DNA from: Candidatus Saccharimonadota bacterium | GTDB taxonomy: Bacteria > Pseudomonadota > Gammaproteobacteria > Enterobacterales > Enterobacteriaceae | NCBI RefSeq assembly: GCF_900128735.1 | Contig: NZ_LT667503.1 | Span: forward strand, 90,001 to 122,000 | Direction: 5' to 3' | DNA: 32,000 nt | Shown here: positions 1 to 8,283 of the stretch, in pieces | Layout: every line of letters begins with the position of its first letter | Position numbering within the stretch: position 1 is the stretch's first letter | Program-made: the position numbers and the translations under genes | Notes under the pieces: generated by a model | Seen by the model: only the letters and a program-made list of their open reading frames with translations | Database searches by the model: none | Told to the model about the DNA's origin: nothing

Positions 1-735
1 GGATTAATTTCAGATCCTGATTTGGATGAAACTTTTAAAGTTAATAAGGGTTTAGAGATTGCTCGAGATTTATTATTGAAAATTAATATGTTAGGTGTTC
101 CAGCTGCTACTGAATTTCTTGATATGGTAATTGGACAATATATTGCAGACTTAATTAGTTGGGGGGCTATTGGTGCTAGAACAACAGAAAGTCAGATTCA
201 TCGTGAAATGGCTTCAGCATTATCTTGTCCGATTGGTTTTAAAAATGGAACAGATGGAAATGTTTCGATAGCAATTGATGCTATTCGTTCAGCACAAGCT
301 CGTCATGTATTTTTAGCGCCTAATAAAGATGGTAAAATAACAATTCATTATACCGCGGGTAATCCATATGGACATATTATTATGAGAGGCGGAAAAACTC
401 CTAATTATCATCATAAGGATATTTTATTAGCTACGCAAAAATTAAAAAAATTTCATTTAAAAGAATTTTTAATGATAGATTTTAGTCATGCTAATTCTTT
501 AAAAAAACATTATCGACAAAATAATGTAGCTGAATCTGTATCGAAACAAATTTATGATGGTTCGCTTTCTATTGTGGGAGTTATGATTGAAAGTTTTTTA
601 GTTGAAGGCTCTCAAAAAGTTAATAAATTAAAAAATTTAGTTTTCGGTCAATCAATTACTGATCCTTGTTTAGGATGGAATGATAGTGTTTTAATTTTAG
701 AACAATTAGCAAAATCAGTTGATCGACGTTTTTAA
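1..735 (+). CDS. aroH: DAHP synthase (3-deoxy-7-phosphoheptulonate synthase), C-terminal part; 5' end lies outside the window
   Basis: Frame 1 is open from base 1 (GLISDPDLDE...) into ORF 22..735. It carries class I DAHP synthase segments (IGFKNGTDGN, GNPYGHIIMRGG, DFSHANS, GQSITDPCLGW). The C-terminus ...SVDRRF resembles E. coli AroH ...AVDTRF. Confidence 0.9.
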   Translation, partial: GLISDPDLDETFKVNKGLEIARDLLLKINMLGVPAATEFLDMVIGQYIADLISWGAIGARTTESQIHREMASALSCPIGFKNGTDGNVSIAIDAIRSAQARHVFLAPNKDGKITIHYTAGNPYGHIIMRGGKTPNYHHKDILLATQKLKKFHLKEFLMIDFSHANSLKKHYRQNNVAESVSKQIYDGSLSIVGVMIESFLVEGSQKVNKLKNLVFGQSITDPCLGWNDSVLILEQLAKSVDRRF

Positions 736-752
736 AAAAAATTATTTTTTTT

Positions 753-784
753 AAATTCTTACTTTTTTTAAAAAGAATTTTTTA
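753..784 (+). terminator. Weak AT-rich hairpin plus T-run after aroH (possible terminator)
   Basis: aaattctt (753-760) is the exact reverse complement of aagaattt (773-780). The loop is 12 nt and tttt follows. The stem has only one G:C pair, so chance occurrence is plausible. Confidence 0.3.
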
Positions 785-948
785 TTAGTTTTAATATTAT
801 AAAAAATAAAATAAAAATTTTGAATAAAATAAATCATATTTGTTAAAATATCAGTTTTTTTGCATTATTAATGTTTCATTAGTTATATTTATCTAATAAG
901 TAATTAAAATATTATTTTTATATTTTATAAAGTCGTGAAGGACTAAAA

Positions 949-2886
949 ATGCCGGTTATTACGTTATGTAATGGAATGAGTAAAACTTATAAACGCGCAG
1001 TTTCTTTAAAAAAAATTATTAAAGATTTATGTCCAATTAGTCAGAGTGAACATTTTATAGCTGGCTGTATTGGTAGAAAAATTATAGATTTGAATACCTT
1101 AATAATTAATGATTCTATCATTATTTTAATTAATCAAAATGATGAAAAATTTTTATCGATGGTCAGGTATTCTTGTATACAATTATTAAATTATGTTTTA
1201 AAACAAATGTGGCCCTCTATAAAACTAGCTGGTGGAAAAATATCAGATTCAGGTTTTTTTTGTGATTTTTATAGCAAAACTTCTTTGAATATGAATGATC
1301 TTCAAAATATTTCAAAAAATATGTCAGATAAAATCGCATTAAAATATGATATTGTTAAAAAAAAAGTCAGTAGTAGTTGGTTTTTATCTTTTTTGAAAGA
1401 AAATAATGAAAATTATCAAATTGATATTTTAAAAGAACATCTAATATCCTCTAAAAGAATTAATATATATTTTCATGAAAAATACTTTGAAGCTTGCCTG
1501 ATGCCTTTAGTTCCTAATATCTCTTTTTGTAGTAACTTTATAATTAAAGATATATCCGGTGCTTATTGGAAAAATAATGAAGAAAATCAGATGTTACAAC
1601 GTATTCATGGTATTGCATGGGCATCAAAGAATCAGTTGTCTTATTATATGACTGCTCTAAAAAAATTGGAAAAACGTGATCATCGTAAAATAGCAAAACG
1701 ATTAAATTTATATCATATACAAAAAAATTCTCCCGGTATGATTTTTTGGCACCCAAATGGATTTGTTATATTTCAAGAATTAAAAAAATTTATACGACTT
1801 AAATTAAAAGAATATTTATATAATGAAGTAAAAAGTCCAATTATTATTGATAAATCTTTATGGGAAAAAAGTGGGCATTGGAAGTTTTATAAAAATTCAA
1901 TTTTTATTACTAATTCTGAAAATCAAGATTATTGTATTAAACCTATGAATTGCCCGGGTCATGTTCAGATTTTTAAGCAAGGTATAAAATCATATAAAGA
2001 ATTACCAATACGTATTGCAGAATTTGGAAGTTGCCATCGTAAAGAAGCATCTGGTTCTTTACATGGATTAATGAGAGTTCGAGGGTTTACACAAGATGAT
2101 GCGCATATATTTTGTACAAATGAACAAGTAAAATTTGAATTAAACTATTGTATTAAAATATTATTTGAATTATATAATACATTTGGTTTTAAAAATATTA
2201 CCGTAAAATTTTCTACACGACCAATAAAACGTATTGGAAAAGATACACTATGGGATCAAGCGGAAAAAGATTTGGAATCTGTTTTAATAGAAAATAAATT
2301 ACCTTTTGTATATCAAAAAGGTGAAGGTGCTTTTTATGGGCCTAAAATTGAAATCGTTTTAGAAGATAGTTTAAAAAGATTATGGCAATGTGGTACTATT
2401 CAATTAGATTTTTATTTAGCTCGTAAATTAAAAGCATTTTATATCGATCAAAATAATATTCGAAGATCTCCTATAATTATACATCGTGCTTTTTTAGGTT
2501 CTATTGAGCGTTTCATTGGAATTTTAATTGAGGAATATAATGGAAAATTACCTGTATGGTTATCTCCGATACATGCAGTAGTAATAAGCGTCTCTAGAAA
2601 AAACAATCATTTTGTTAAAAAAGTTTTTAATATTTTAAAAAGCAACAATATTCGTACTATTTATGATACTACTGATTCTAGTATAAATTTTAAAATACGT
2701 ACATATGTTATAAAATATATACCATATCTATTAATATGTGGCGATTCAGAAGAAAAAAATAATTTTTTAACTATTCGATTGCGTTCAGGACATCAATTTA
2801 AAGAGCAAAAAATTGATAGTTTTATCAAGAAAATAAAAAAAATTATTTCTGATCGTAAGTGTTATGATTTTAATAAGGAGGAATAA
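949..2886 (+). CDS. thrS: Threonyl-tRNA synthetase
   Basis: 645-aa ORF collinear with E. coli ThrRS (642 aa) from MPVITL onward. It carries the class II catalytic segments CIKPMNCPGHVQIF, FGSCHRKEASGSLHGLMRVRGFTQDDAHIF and GEGAFYGPKIE. A GAAGGA Shine-Dalgarno (SD) ends 6 nt before ATG 949. Confidence 0.97.
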   Translation: MPVITLCNGMSKTYKRAVSLKKIIKDLCPISQSEHFIAGCIGRKIIDLNTLIINDSIIILINQNDEKFLSMVRYSCIQLLNYVLKQMWPSIKLAGGKISDSGFFCDFYSKTSLNMNDLQNISKNMSDKIALKYDIVKKKVSSSWFLSFLKENNENYQIDILKEHLISSKRINIYFHEKYFEACLMPLVPNISFCSNFIIKDISGAYWKNNEENQMLQRIHGIAWASKNQLSYYMTALKKLEKRDHRKIAKRLNLYHIQKNSPGMIFWHPNGFVIFQELKKFIRLKLKEYLYNEVKSPIIIDKSLWEKSGHWKFYKNSIFITNSENQDYCIKPMNCPGHVQIFKQGIKSYKELPIRIAEFGSCHRKEASGSLHGLMRVRGFTQDDAHIFCTNEQVKFELNYCIKILFELYNTFGFKNITVKFSTRPIKRIGKDTLWDQAEKDLESVLIENKLPFVYQKGEGAFYGPKIEIVLEDSLKRLWQCGTIQLDFYLARKLKAFYIDQNNIRRSPIIIHRAFLGSIERFIGILIEEYNGKLPVWLSPIHAVVISVSRKNNHFVKKVFNILKSNNIRTIYDTTDSSINFKIRTYVIKYIPYLLICGDSEEKNNFLTIRLRSGHQFKEQKIDSFIKKIKKIISDRKCYDFNKEE

Positions 2887-2889
2887 AGT

Positions 2890-3429
2890 ATTAAATTCGG
2901 AAAGAAAAATCAATTAATACATCCCCACCGCATCAATTATGAAATTCGTGCATTAAAAGTTCGACTAACGAATTTTAATGGTGACTCTATGGGTATTATT
3001 AATTTAAAAGATGCTTTAGCTAAAGCTTTAGAATTTGGAATGGATTTAGTAGAAATTAGCCCAAATGCTGAACCTCCAGTTTGTAAGATTATGAATTATG
3101 GAAAATTTCTTTATGAAAAAAGTAAAACCCTTAAACAACAAAAGAAAAAACAAAAAGTAGTACATATTAAGGAAATTAAATTTAGACCTAGCACTGGAGA
3201 AGGGGATTATAAGGTAAAATTACGTAATTTAGTAAGATTTTTAAAAGATGGTGATAAGGTAAAAATTACTTTGAGATTTCGTGGTCGTGAGATGGCGCAT
3301 CAATATATTGGAAAAAATTTATTATTACGTATTAAACAGGATTTAGATGAAATATCTATTGTAGAATTTTTTCCTACCAGAATTGAATCTCGTCAAATGG
3401 TTATGATGTTAGCGCCTAAAAAGGTATAA
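2890..3429 (+). CDS. infC: Translation initiation factor IF-3, ATT (AUU) start codon
   Basis: Reading back in frame from the ORF-track ATG at 2989 gives [37 protein letters not shown] with no stop until the thrS TAA (2884-2886). This aligns with E. coli IF3 [37 protein letters not shown]. ATT at 2890 has an AAGGAGG SD (2875-2881) upstream. An AUU start is the known hallmark of infC. Confidence 0.9.
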   Translation: MKFGKKNQLIHPHRINYEIRALKVRLTNFNGDSMGIINLKDALAKALEFGMDLVEISPNAEPPVCKIMNYGKFLYEKSKTLKQQKKKQKVVHIKEIKFRPSTGEGDYKVKLRNLVRFLKDGDKVKITLRFRGREMAHQYIGKNLLLRIKQDLDEISIVEFFPTRIESRQMVMMLAPKKV

Positions 3430-3497
3430 CATCAATATATTTATAGATAAAATTTATTTTTATTTTAAAAAATATTTTATTTTTTTTGGAGTTTTTT

Positions 3498-3695
3498 ATG
3501 CTTAAAATGAAAACATTACGTAGCGCTGCAAAACGATTTAAAAAAACCTCTACTGGGAAATTTAAACGTAAAAAAGCAAATTTACGACATATTTTAACAA
3601 AAAAAACCACTTCTTTTAAACGTCATCTTCGTTCTAAAATTTTGGTATCGCCTTCTGATCAGAATAAAGTGGTATCTTTTTTTCCATATGGATAA
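3498..3695 (+). CDS. rpmI: 50S ribosomal protein L35
   Basis: [36 protein letters not shown] aligns with E. coli L35 [40 protein letters not shown] at 3488-3491 lies 6 nt before ATG 3498. The ORF-track TTG at 3486 overlaps that SD and is rejected. Confidence 0.9.
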   Translation: MLKMKTLRSAAKRFKKTSTGKFKRKKANLRHILTKKTTSFKRHLRSKILVSPSDQNKVVSFFPYG

Positions 3696-3758
3696 GTAAA
3701 AAAAGGATTATTATATTAATATATATATCCTGATAATAAGACTAAGAGGTTATTATTT

Positions 3759-4121
3759 ATGGCACGTATTAAAAGAGGCGTTACAGCTCACGCACGTCAT
3801 AAAAAAATTTTAAAACAAGCTAAAGGATATTATGGAGCACGTTCTCGTGTTTATCGAGTAGCTTGTCAGGCTGTTATTAAAGCGGGGCAATATGCTTATC
3901 GTGATAGACGGCAAAAAAAACGACAGTTTAGAAAATTATGGATTATTAGAATTAATGCCGCAACACAAAATTATAATCTTTCATATAGTAAATTTATATA
4001 CGGTTTAAAAAAAGCATCAATTTCTATTAATCGCAAAATGTTATCGGACACCGCAGTTTTTGATAAATTTTCTTTTAAGTTATTAGTTGAAAAATCAAAA
4101 GAAGCATTATATAGTTCTTAG
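3759..4121 (+). CDS. rplT: 50S ribosomal protein L20
   Basis: [35 protein letters not shown]...[17 protein letters not shown] is nearly identical to E. coli L20. An AAGAGG SD lies upstream. Confidence 0.97.
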   Translation: MARIKRGVTAHARHKKILKQAKGYYGARSRVYRVACQAVIKAGQYAYRDRRQKKRQFRKLWIIRINAATQNYNLSYSKFIYGLKKASISINRKMLSDTAVFDKFSFKLLVEKSKEALYSS

Positions 4122-4154
4122 AAAATAAAGAATATTTTTAAAAAATTATCTATA

Positions 4155-4180
4155 AGGGAGAAATCAAATCTCCCTTTTTA
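4155..4180 (+). terminator. Rho-independent terminator-like hairpin downstream of rplT
   Basis: agggaga (4155-4161) pairs with tctccct (4169-4175). The loop is 7 nt and ttttt (4175-4179) follows directly. The stem has four G:C pairs, which stands out against this AT-rich background. Confidence 0.6.
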
Positions 4181-4249
4181 ATAAACTGCTTTTAAAGTCT
4201 TATGTATTTAAATACATATTTTTATCAATTTATCATTTTGGTGTAAAAT

Positions 4250-5257
4250 TTGAAATCTGAAATTGAATTAATTAATTATATCGATCAATTATTTGTTTCA
4301 TTTTTATCTGATTTAAAAAAAACAAAAAATAATCATGAATTAGATCAATGTAAATCTAAATATTTAGGGAAAAATAGTTTTTTATTGTATTATTTAAAAA
4401 AGTTATCCTTTTTAAAATTTGATATAAAAATTAAGTATAGCAAAATTTTAAACAATGCAAAAAAAAAATTTCAATTAAACTTTTTATTAAGAAAGAAATA
4501 TATTCAAGATTATATAATAAAAAAAAATATTAATAAAAAAAAATTTGATGTGACATTAGTAGGTAGAAAAATTGAATATGGTTGTTTACATCCTATTAAT
4601 TTAGTTATTCAGGAAATTCAAAATTTTTTTTATCATCTTGGTTTTTTAACATATCAAGGACCAGAGATAGAAGATAGCTATCATAATTTTGATGCTTTAA
4701 ATGTTCCGAAAAATCATCCATCTAGAGGAAAAAGAGATACTTTTTGGTTAGATTCTATACGTTTATTGCGTACACAAACATCTAATATGCAAATTAGAAT
4801 TTTAGAAAAAAATTCTTGTCCAATGAGATTTATCGTTCCAGGAAAAGTTTATCGTCGAGATTCCGATCAAACACATACTCCGATGTTTCATCAAATTGAA
4901 GGTTTAATAATTGATAAATTTATTTCTTTTGCTAATATTAAATGGATATTAAAAAAATTTATATGTCACTTTTTTCAGAAGAAAAATCTTATCTTTCGTT
5001 TTAGAAGCTCTTATTTTCCTTTTACTATACCCTCAGCGGAAATGGATATTAAAAATTCTTCAGGAGATTGGTTAGAAATTTTAGGTTTTGGTATGATACA
5101 CCCTAATGTTTTGAAAAATTTTGATATTAATATTAAAAAATATTCAGCTTGTGCATTTGGTATAGGAGTTGAAAGAATGGCTATGTTAAAGTATTCAATA
5201 CTTGATATCCGTTCTTTTTTTGAAAATGATATACGTTTTTTAAAACAATTTGTTTAA
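4250..5257 (+). CDS. pheS: Phenylalanyl-tRNA synthetase alpha subunit, TTG start
   Basis: The C-terminal two thirds are collinear with E. coli PheS (GPEIEDSYHNFDALNVPKNHP, LLRTQTSNMQIR, DQTHTPMFHQIEGL, FRSSYFPFTIPSAEMD, AFGIGVERMAMLKY, FFENDIRFLKQF). In-frame TAA at 4244-4246 leaves TTG 4250 as the first usable start. GGTG lies 7 nt upstream. Confidence 0.9.
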   Translation: MKSEIELINYIDQLFVSFLSDLKKTKNNHELDQCKSKYLGKNSFLLYYLKKLSFLKFDIKIKYSKILNNAKKKFQLNFLLRKKYIQDYIIKKNINKKKFDVTLVGRKIEYGCLHPINLVIQEIQNFFYHLGFLTYQGPEIEDSYHNFDALNVPKNHPSRGKRDTFWLDSIRLLRTQTSNMQIRILEKNSCPMRFIVPGKVYRRDSDQTHTPMFHQIEGLIIDKFISFANIKWILKKFICHFFQKKNLIFRFRSSYFPFTIPSAEMDIKNSSGDWLEILGFGMIHPNVLKNFDINIKKYSACAFGIGVERMAMLKYSILDIRSFFENDIRFLKQFV

Positions 5258-5273
5258 TAGCGAGAATTTATCA

Positions 5274-7661
5274 ATGAAATTTGGAGCAGAATGGTTTCAT
5301 AAATGGATGGATTCATCTATCTTAAATCATAATTTATATGAAAAAATGACTCAATCTGGCTTAGAAGTAGAAAAAATACCAGAAAAAGAAAAAGTTTTTT
5401 TTAGTCAAGTTATTGTTGGAAGAATAATATCAAAGATTATTCATAAAAAAAATTTAAAGTATGTAATATATCAAGTACAAATTCAAAAAAATAAAGTTAT
5501 TCAGATTATAGATCAAAATAAAGATTTTTGTAACGGAACAAAAATTTTAGTTGCGCTTGTTGGAGCAAAATTATTAAATGATTTAATTATTCAAGTAAAA
5601 CTGATTTCTGGTTTTTTTTCTTTTGGAAAGTTTTGTTCTTTTAAAGATTTAGGGATACAATTAACACGTGATAATTTAATAATTTCATTTAATCACATAA
5701 AAATCGGTACAAATTTTTTTAATTATTTATATAAAAATATTATTAAAGTAACTTTTCCGATGAATCGTATAGATTTACGTTCTGTTTTAGGGATTTCTCG
5801 AGATATTGCGGTAGTGCATCATGCATTATTACCTGAAATAATACATAGACCTTTTTCTATTACTGAGATAAAATATCGACGTGATATTTCTATTGATCTT
5901 TACAAGACTCCAGTGCAATATATTTTTCGAGAAATTTATTCTGTTAATTTACATAAACCTTTACCCTTTAAAATATATGAACGTTTAAGAAAATTTGGAT
6001 TGTCATGTCATGACAATGTTTTATTAGATATTATGCATTATATTTTTATAGAAACTGGTTACTGGATTCATATATTAGATGCGGATCTTTTATGTGGAAA
6101 TTTATTTTTAAAATATCAATATAATCAAAAAGATCTAAAGAATAATGAATTAAATATATCTACCAATTTTTTTGTTCTTTCTGACGAAATTAAAATTTTA
6201 TCAAGTCATGATATGGAATTTATGCAAAATGCATCAGTAACTCTGAATACAAAAAATATTTTTTTAGGTTCTTTATGTGTGCATTCTTCTTATTTACAGA
6301 ATTACTCTTTAATAATAAAAAATCACGATCATAATATTGATTATCCAAAATATAATATTATTCCTGAGTTACAACGGAATACAATGGAGTATTGTACAGC
6401 ATTAATTATCAAAATATTTGGTGGTTTGTGCACAGAAATCAAAATAAAAAATTCTTTTTTAAAGAAATTTTTAATACCCACTATTGTTTTAACTCTTGAA
6501 AAATTTAATAAAATTACCGGTTATTTTTTTACTATCCAAAAAATGATAAAAATTTTAAAACAGTGTAAATTTCAATATTTATATAAAAATAATAATATTT
6601 TTTTTGTAACCCCACCTTTTTGGCGTACAGATATTCAGATTGAAGAAGATGTTATTGGTGAGATAGTACGTATATATGATTGCGAAAATACTATTATTAC
6701 TACTCCTATCAATCAATTTATTATACAAAAAGATTCTAATTATGAGAATAGAAAATTATTTTGTATTAAATCATTTTTAGTAAATCAAGGGTATTATGAA
6801 ATTATTTCATATAGTTTTATTAATTCTGAATTACAAAAATTAATATTTCCCAAAAAAAAATTTTTTAATATTATAAATCCTATTTCTTTAGATATGTCCG
6901 CGATGCGTTTATCTTTATGGATCGGTTTAATTCGTTGCGTTGCATATAATCAAAATCGTCAAAATAAATCAATTAGAATTTTTGAAAATGGATTATGTTT
7001 TTTATCTGATATAGAAAAAAATTTAGGTATAAATCAAGAAGAACATATATCTGGTGCTATTAGTGGTTATTTTAATGAACATACTTGGAATATAAAATAT
7101 AGAAAATTTGATTTTTATGATTTAAAAGGTGTGGTTGAATCTATATTCAAAATATTTGGATATGTAGAATTAATTACATTTGTTTCAGAAAAATTTCATG
7201 GTTTAGATAAAGCATCTAGCGCTGGTATTTATCTTGCTAATAAATTAGTAGGTCGTATAGGAATACTAGACGATGCATTACATGAGCAGTTTAACTTAAT
7301 TGATTCTGTTATTTTATTTGAAATATTCTATACTCGTTTTTCTTTAAAAAAGAAAGTATTTATTAGTCCGATTTCTGATTTACCAGTAAGTAAAAGAGAT
7401 ATTTCAATTATTGTATCAGATTTTATTAAAAGTAGTGACATTATTGATATTTGTAAAAAAAATGTATCTTTAAAAAATGTTGAAATATATATATATGATG
7501 TTTATCATAATATAAATATTCCAAAAGATAAAAAAAGTATTTCTATTCGTTTTATTTTTGAAAATAAAAAAAATATGTTAATAGACCGTGAAATTAATAC
7601 TAATATTCAAAGATGTGTTATAGCATTACAAACCAAATTTCAAGCTATTTTGAGAGATTAA
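5274..7661 (+). CDS. pheT: Phenylalanyl-tRNA synthetase beta subunit
   Basis: From ATG 5274 the protein is 795 aa, the length I recall for E. coli PheT. It starts [13 protein letters not shown] (E. coli MKFSELWLREWVN) and ends KFQAILRD (E. coli RFQASLRD). Conserved blocks include [48 protein letters not shown] and [10 protein letters not shown]. The ORF-track start at 5250 (TTG) adds 8 unsupported residues. Confidence 0.93.
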   Translation: MKFGAEWFHKWMDSSILNHNLYEKMTQSGLEVEKIPEKEKVFFSQVIVGRIISKIIHKKNLKYVIYQVQIQKNKVIQIIDQNKDFCNGTKILVALVGAKLLNDLIIQVKLISGFFSFGKFCSFKDLGIQLTRDNLIISFNHIKIGTNFFNYLYKNIIKVTFPMNRIDLRSVLGISRDIAVVHHALLPEIIHRPFSITEIKYRRDISIDLYKTPVQYIFREIYSVNLHKPLPFKIYERLRKFGLSCHDNVLLDIMHYIFIETGYWIHILDADLLCGNLFLKYQYNQKDLKNNELNISTNFFVLSDEIKILSSHDMEFMQNASVTLNTKNIFLGSLCVHSSYLQNYSLIIKNHDHNIDYPKYNIIPELQRNTMEYCTALIIKIFGGLCTEIKIKNSFLKKFLIPTIVLTLEKFNKITGYFFTIQKMIKILKQCKFQYLYKNNNIFFVTPPFWRTDIQIEEDVIGEIVRIYDCENTIITTPINQFIIQKDSNYENRKLFCIKSFLVNQGYYEIISYSFINSELQKLIFPKKKFFNIINPISLDMSAMRLSLWIGLIRCVAYNQNRQNKSIRIFENGLCFLSDIEKNLGINQEEHISGAISGYFNEHTWNIKYRKFDFYDLKGVVESIFKIFGYVELITFVSEKFHGLDKASSAGIYLANKLVGRIGILDDALHEQFNLIDSVILFEIFYTRFSLKKKVFISPISDLPVSKRDISIIVSDFIKSSDIIDICKKNVSLKNVEIYIYDVYHNINIPKDKKSISIRFIFENKKNMLIDREINTNIQRCVIALQTKFQAILRD

Positions 7662-7666
7662 ATTTT

Positions 7667-7975
7667 ATGGTATTAACTAAAGCGGAACTTTCCGAATATT
7701 TGTTTAATAAATTTGAATTAAATCGTCAGGATATTAAAGAGTTAGTCGAAGTTTTTTTTGAAGAAGTGCGTCTTTCATTGGAATCTGGAGAACCGGTAAA
7801 ATTATCAGGATTTGGAAATTTTTATTTACGAAATAAAAAATCACGACCCGGGCGAAATCCTAAAACAGGTGAAAATATTCCAATTACAGCTAGAAGAGTA
7901 GTTATTTTTAAACCAGGACAAAAACTTCGAAAACGAGTTGGAACTTTAAAATATATGAGTGCTAAAAATAAATAA
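7667..7975 (+). CDS. ihfA: Integration host factor alpha subunit
   Basis: [16 protein letters not shown]...[48 protein letters not shown] aligns with E. coli IhfA MALTKAEMSEYLFDKL...[48 protein letters not shown]. The ORF-track start at 7613 lies inside pheT. Confidence 0.95.
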   Translation: MVLTKAELSEYLFNKFELNRQDIKELVEVFFEEVRLSLESGEPVKLSGFGNFYLRNKKSRPGRNPKTGENIPITARRVVIFKPGQKLRKRVGTLKYMSAKNK

Positions 7976-8015
7976 TATTTTTTAAATATTATAATATATC
8001 TTTTTATTTATTTAG

Positions 8016-8047
8016 TATTTATAAAAAGATTTTTTTATAAATATTTT
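8016..8047 (+). terminator. AT-only 12-bp hairpin plus T-run about 40 nt after ihfA (possible terminator)
   Basis: tatttataaaaa (8016-8027) is the reverse complement of tttttataaata (8032-8043). The loop is gatt and tttt follows. There are no G:C pairs, so it is weak and could be chance in this composition. Confidence 0.3.
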
Positions 8048-8225
8048 AGAAGTCTAGTATTAAGTAGATGTTATAAAATATTGATCGTTTTATTTAGTAT
8101 GATTATTTATTAAAATTGAAAAAAATAGCGTTTTATAAAATATTTTTATCTTTGATAAAAATATTTTTTTATATTCTTAATTAATAAATATAGACAAATC
8201 TTTTATTAAGTATTTTTTATGAAAA

Positions 8226-8248
8226 ATGATCCAAATTAATTGGATCAT
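8226..8248 (-). terminator. Hairpin downstream of glyS (probable terminator in the convergent ihfA/glyS spacer)
   Basis: atgatccaa (8226-8234) is the exact reverse complement of ttggatcat (8240-8248), with a 5-nt loop. On the minus strand it lies 35 nt after the glyS stop and is followed by UUUUCAU. Confidence 0.4.
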
Positions 8249-8283
8249 AAATATTTTTATCAATTATTTTTTTTGATAAACTC

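Noticed and set aside
931-944. Small hairpin agtc-gtgaag-gact overlapping the thrS SD, as a remnant of the ThrRS-binding operator (tRNAThr anticodon-arm mimic)
   Set aside because: The stem is only 4 bp and the loop does not reproduce a Thr anticodon loop (xU-NGU-AA). It cannot be distinguished from chance.
2989-2991. ATG 2989 as the infC start, as in the ORF track
   Set aside because: It would remove about 33 N-terminal residues that align with E. coli IF3. The frame is open back to ATT 2890, which has a strong SD.
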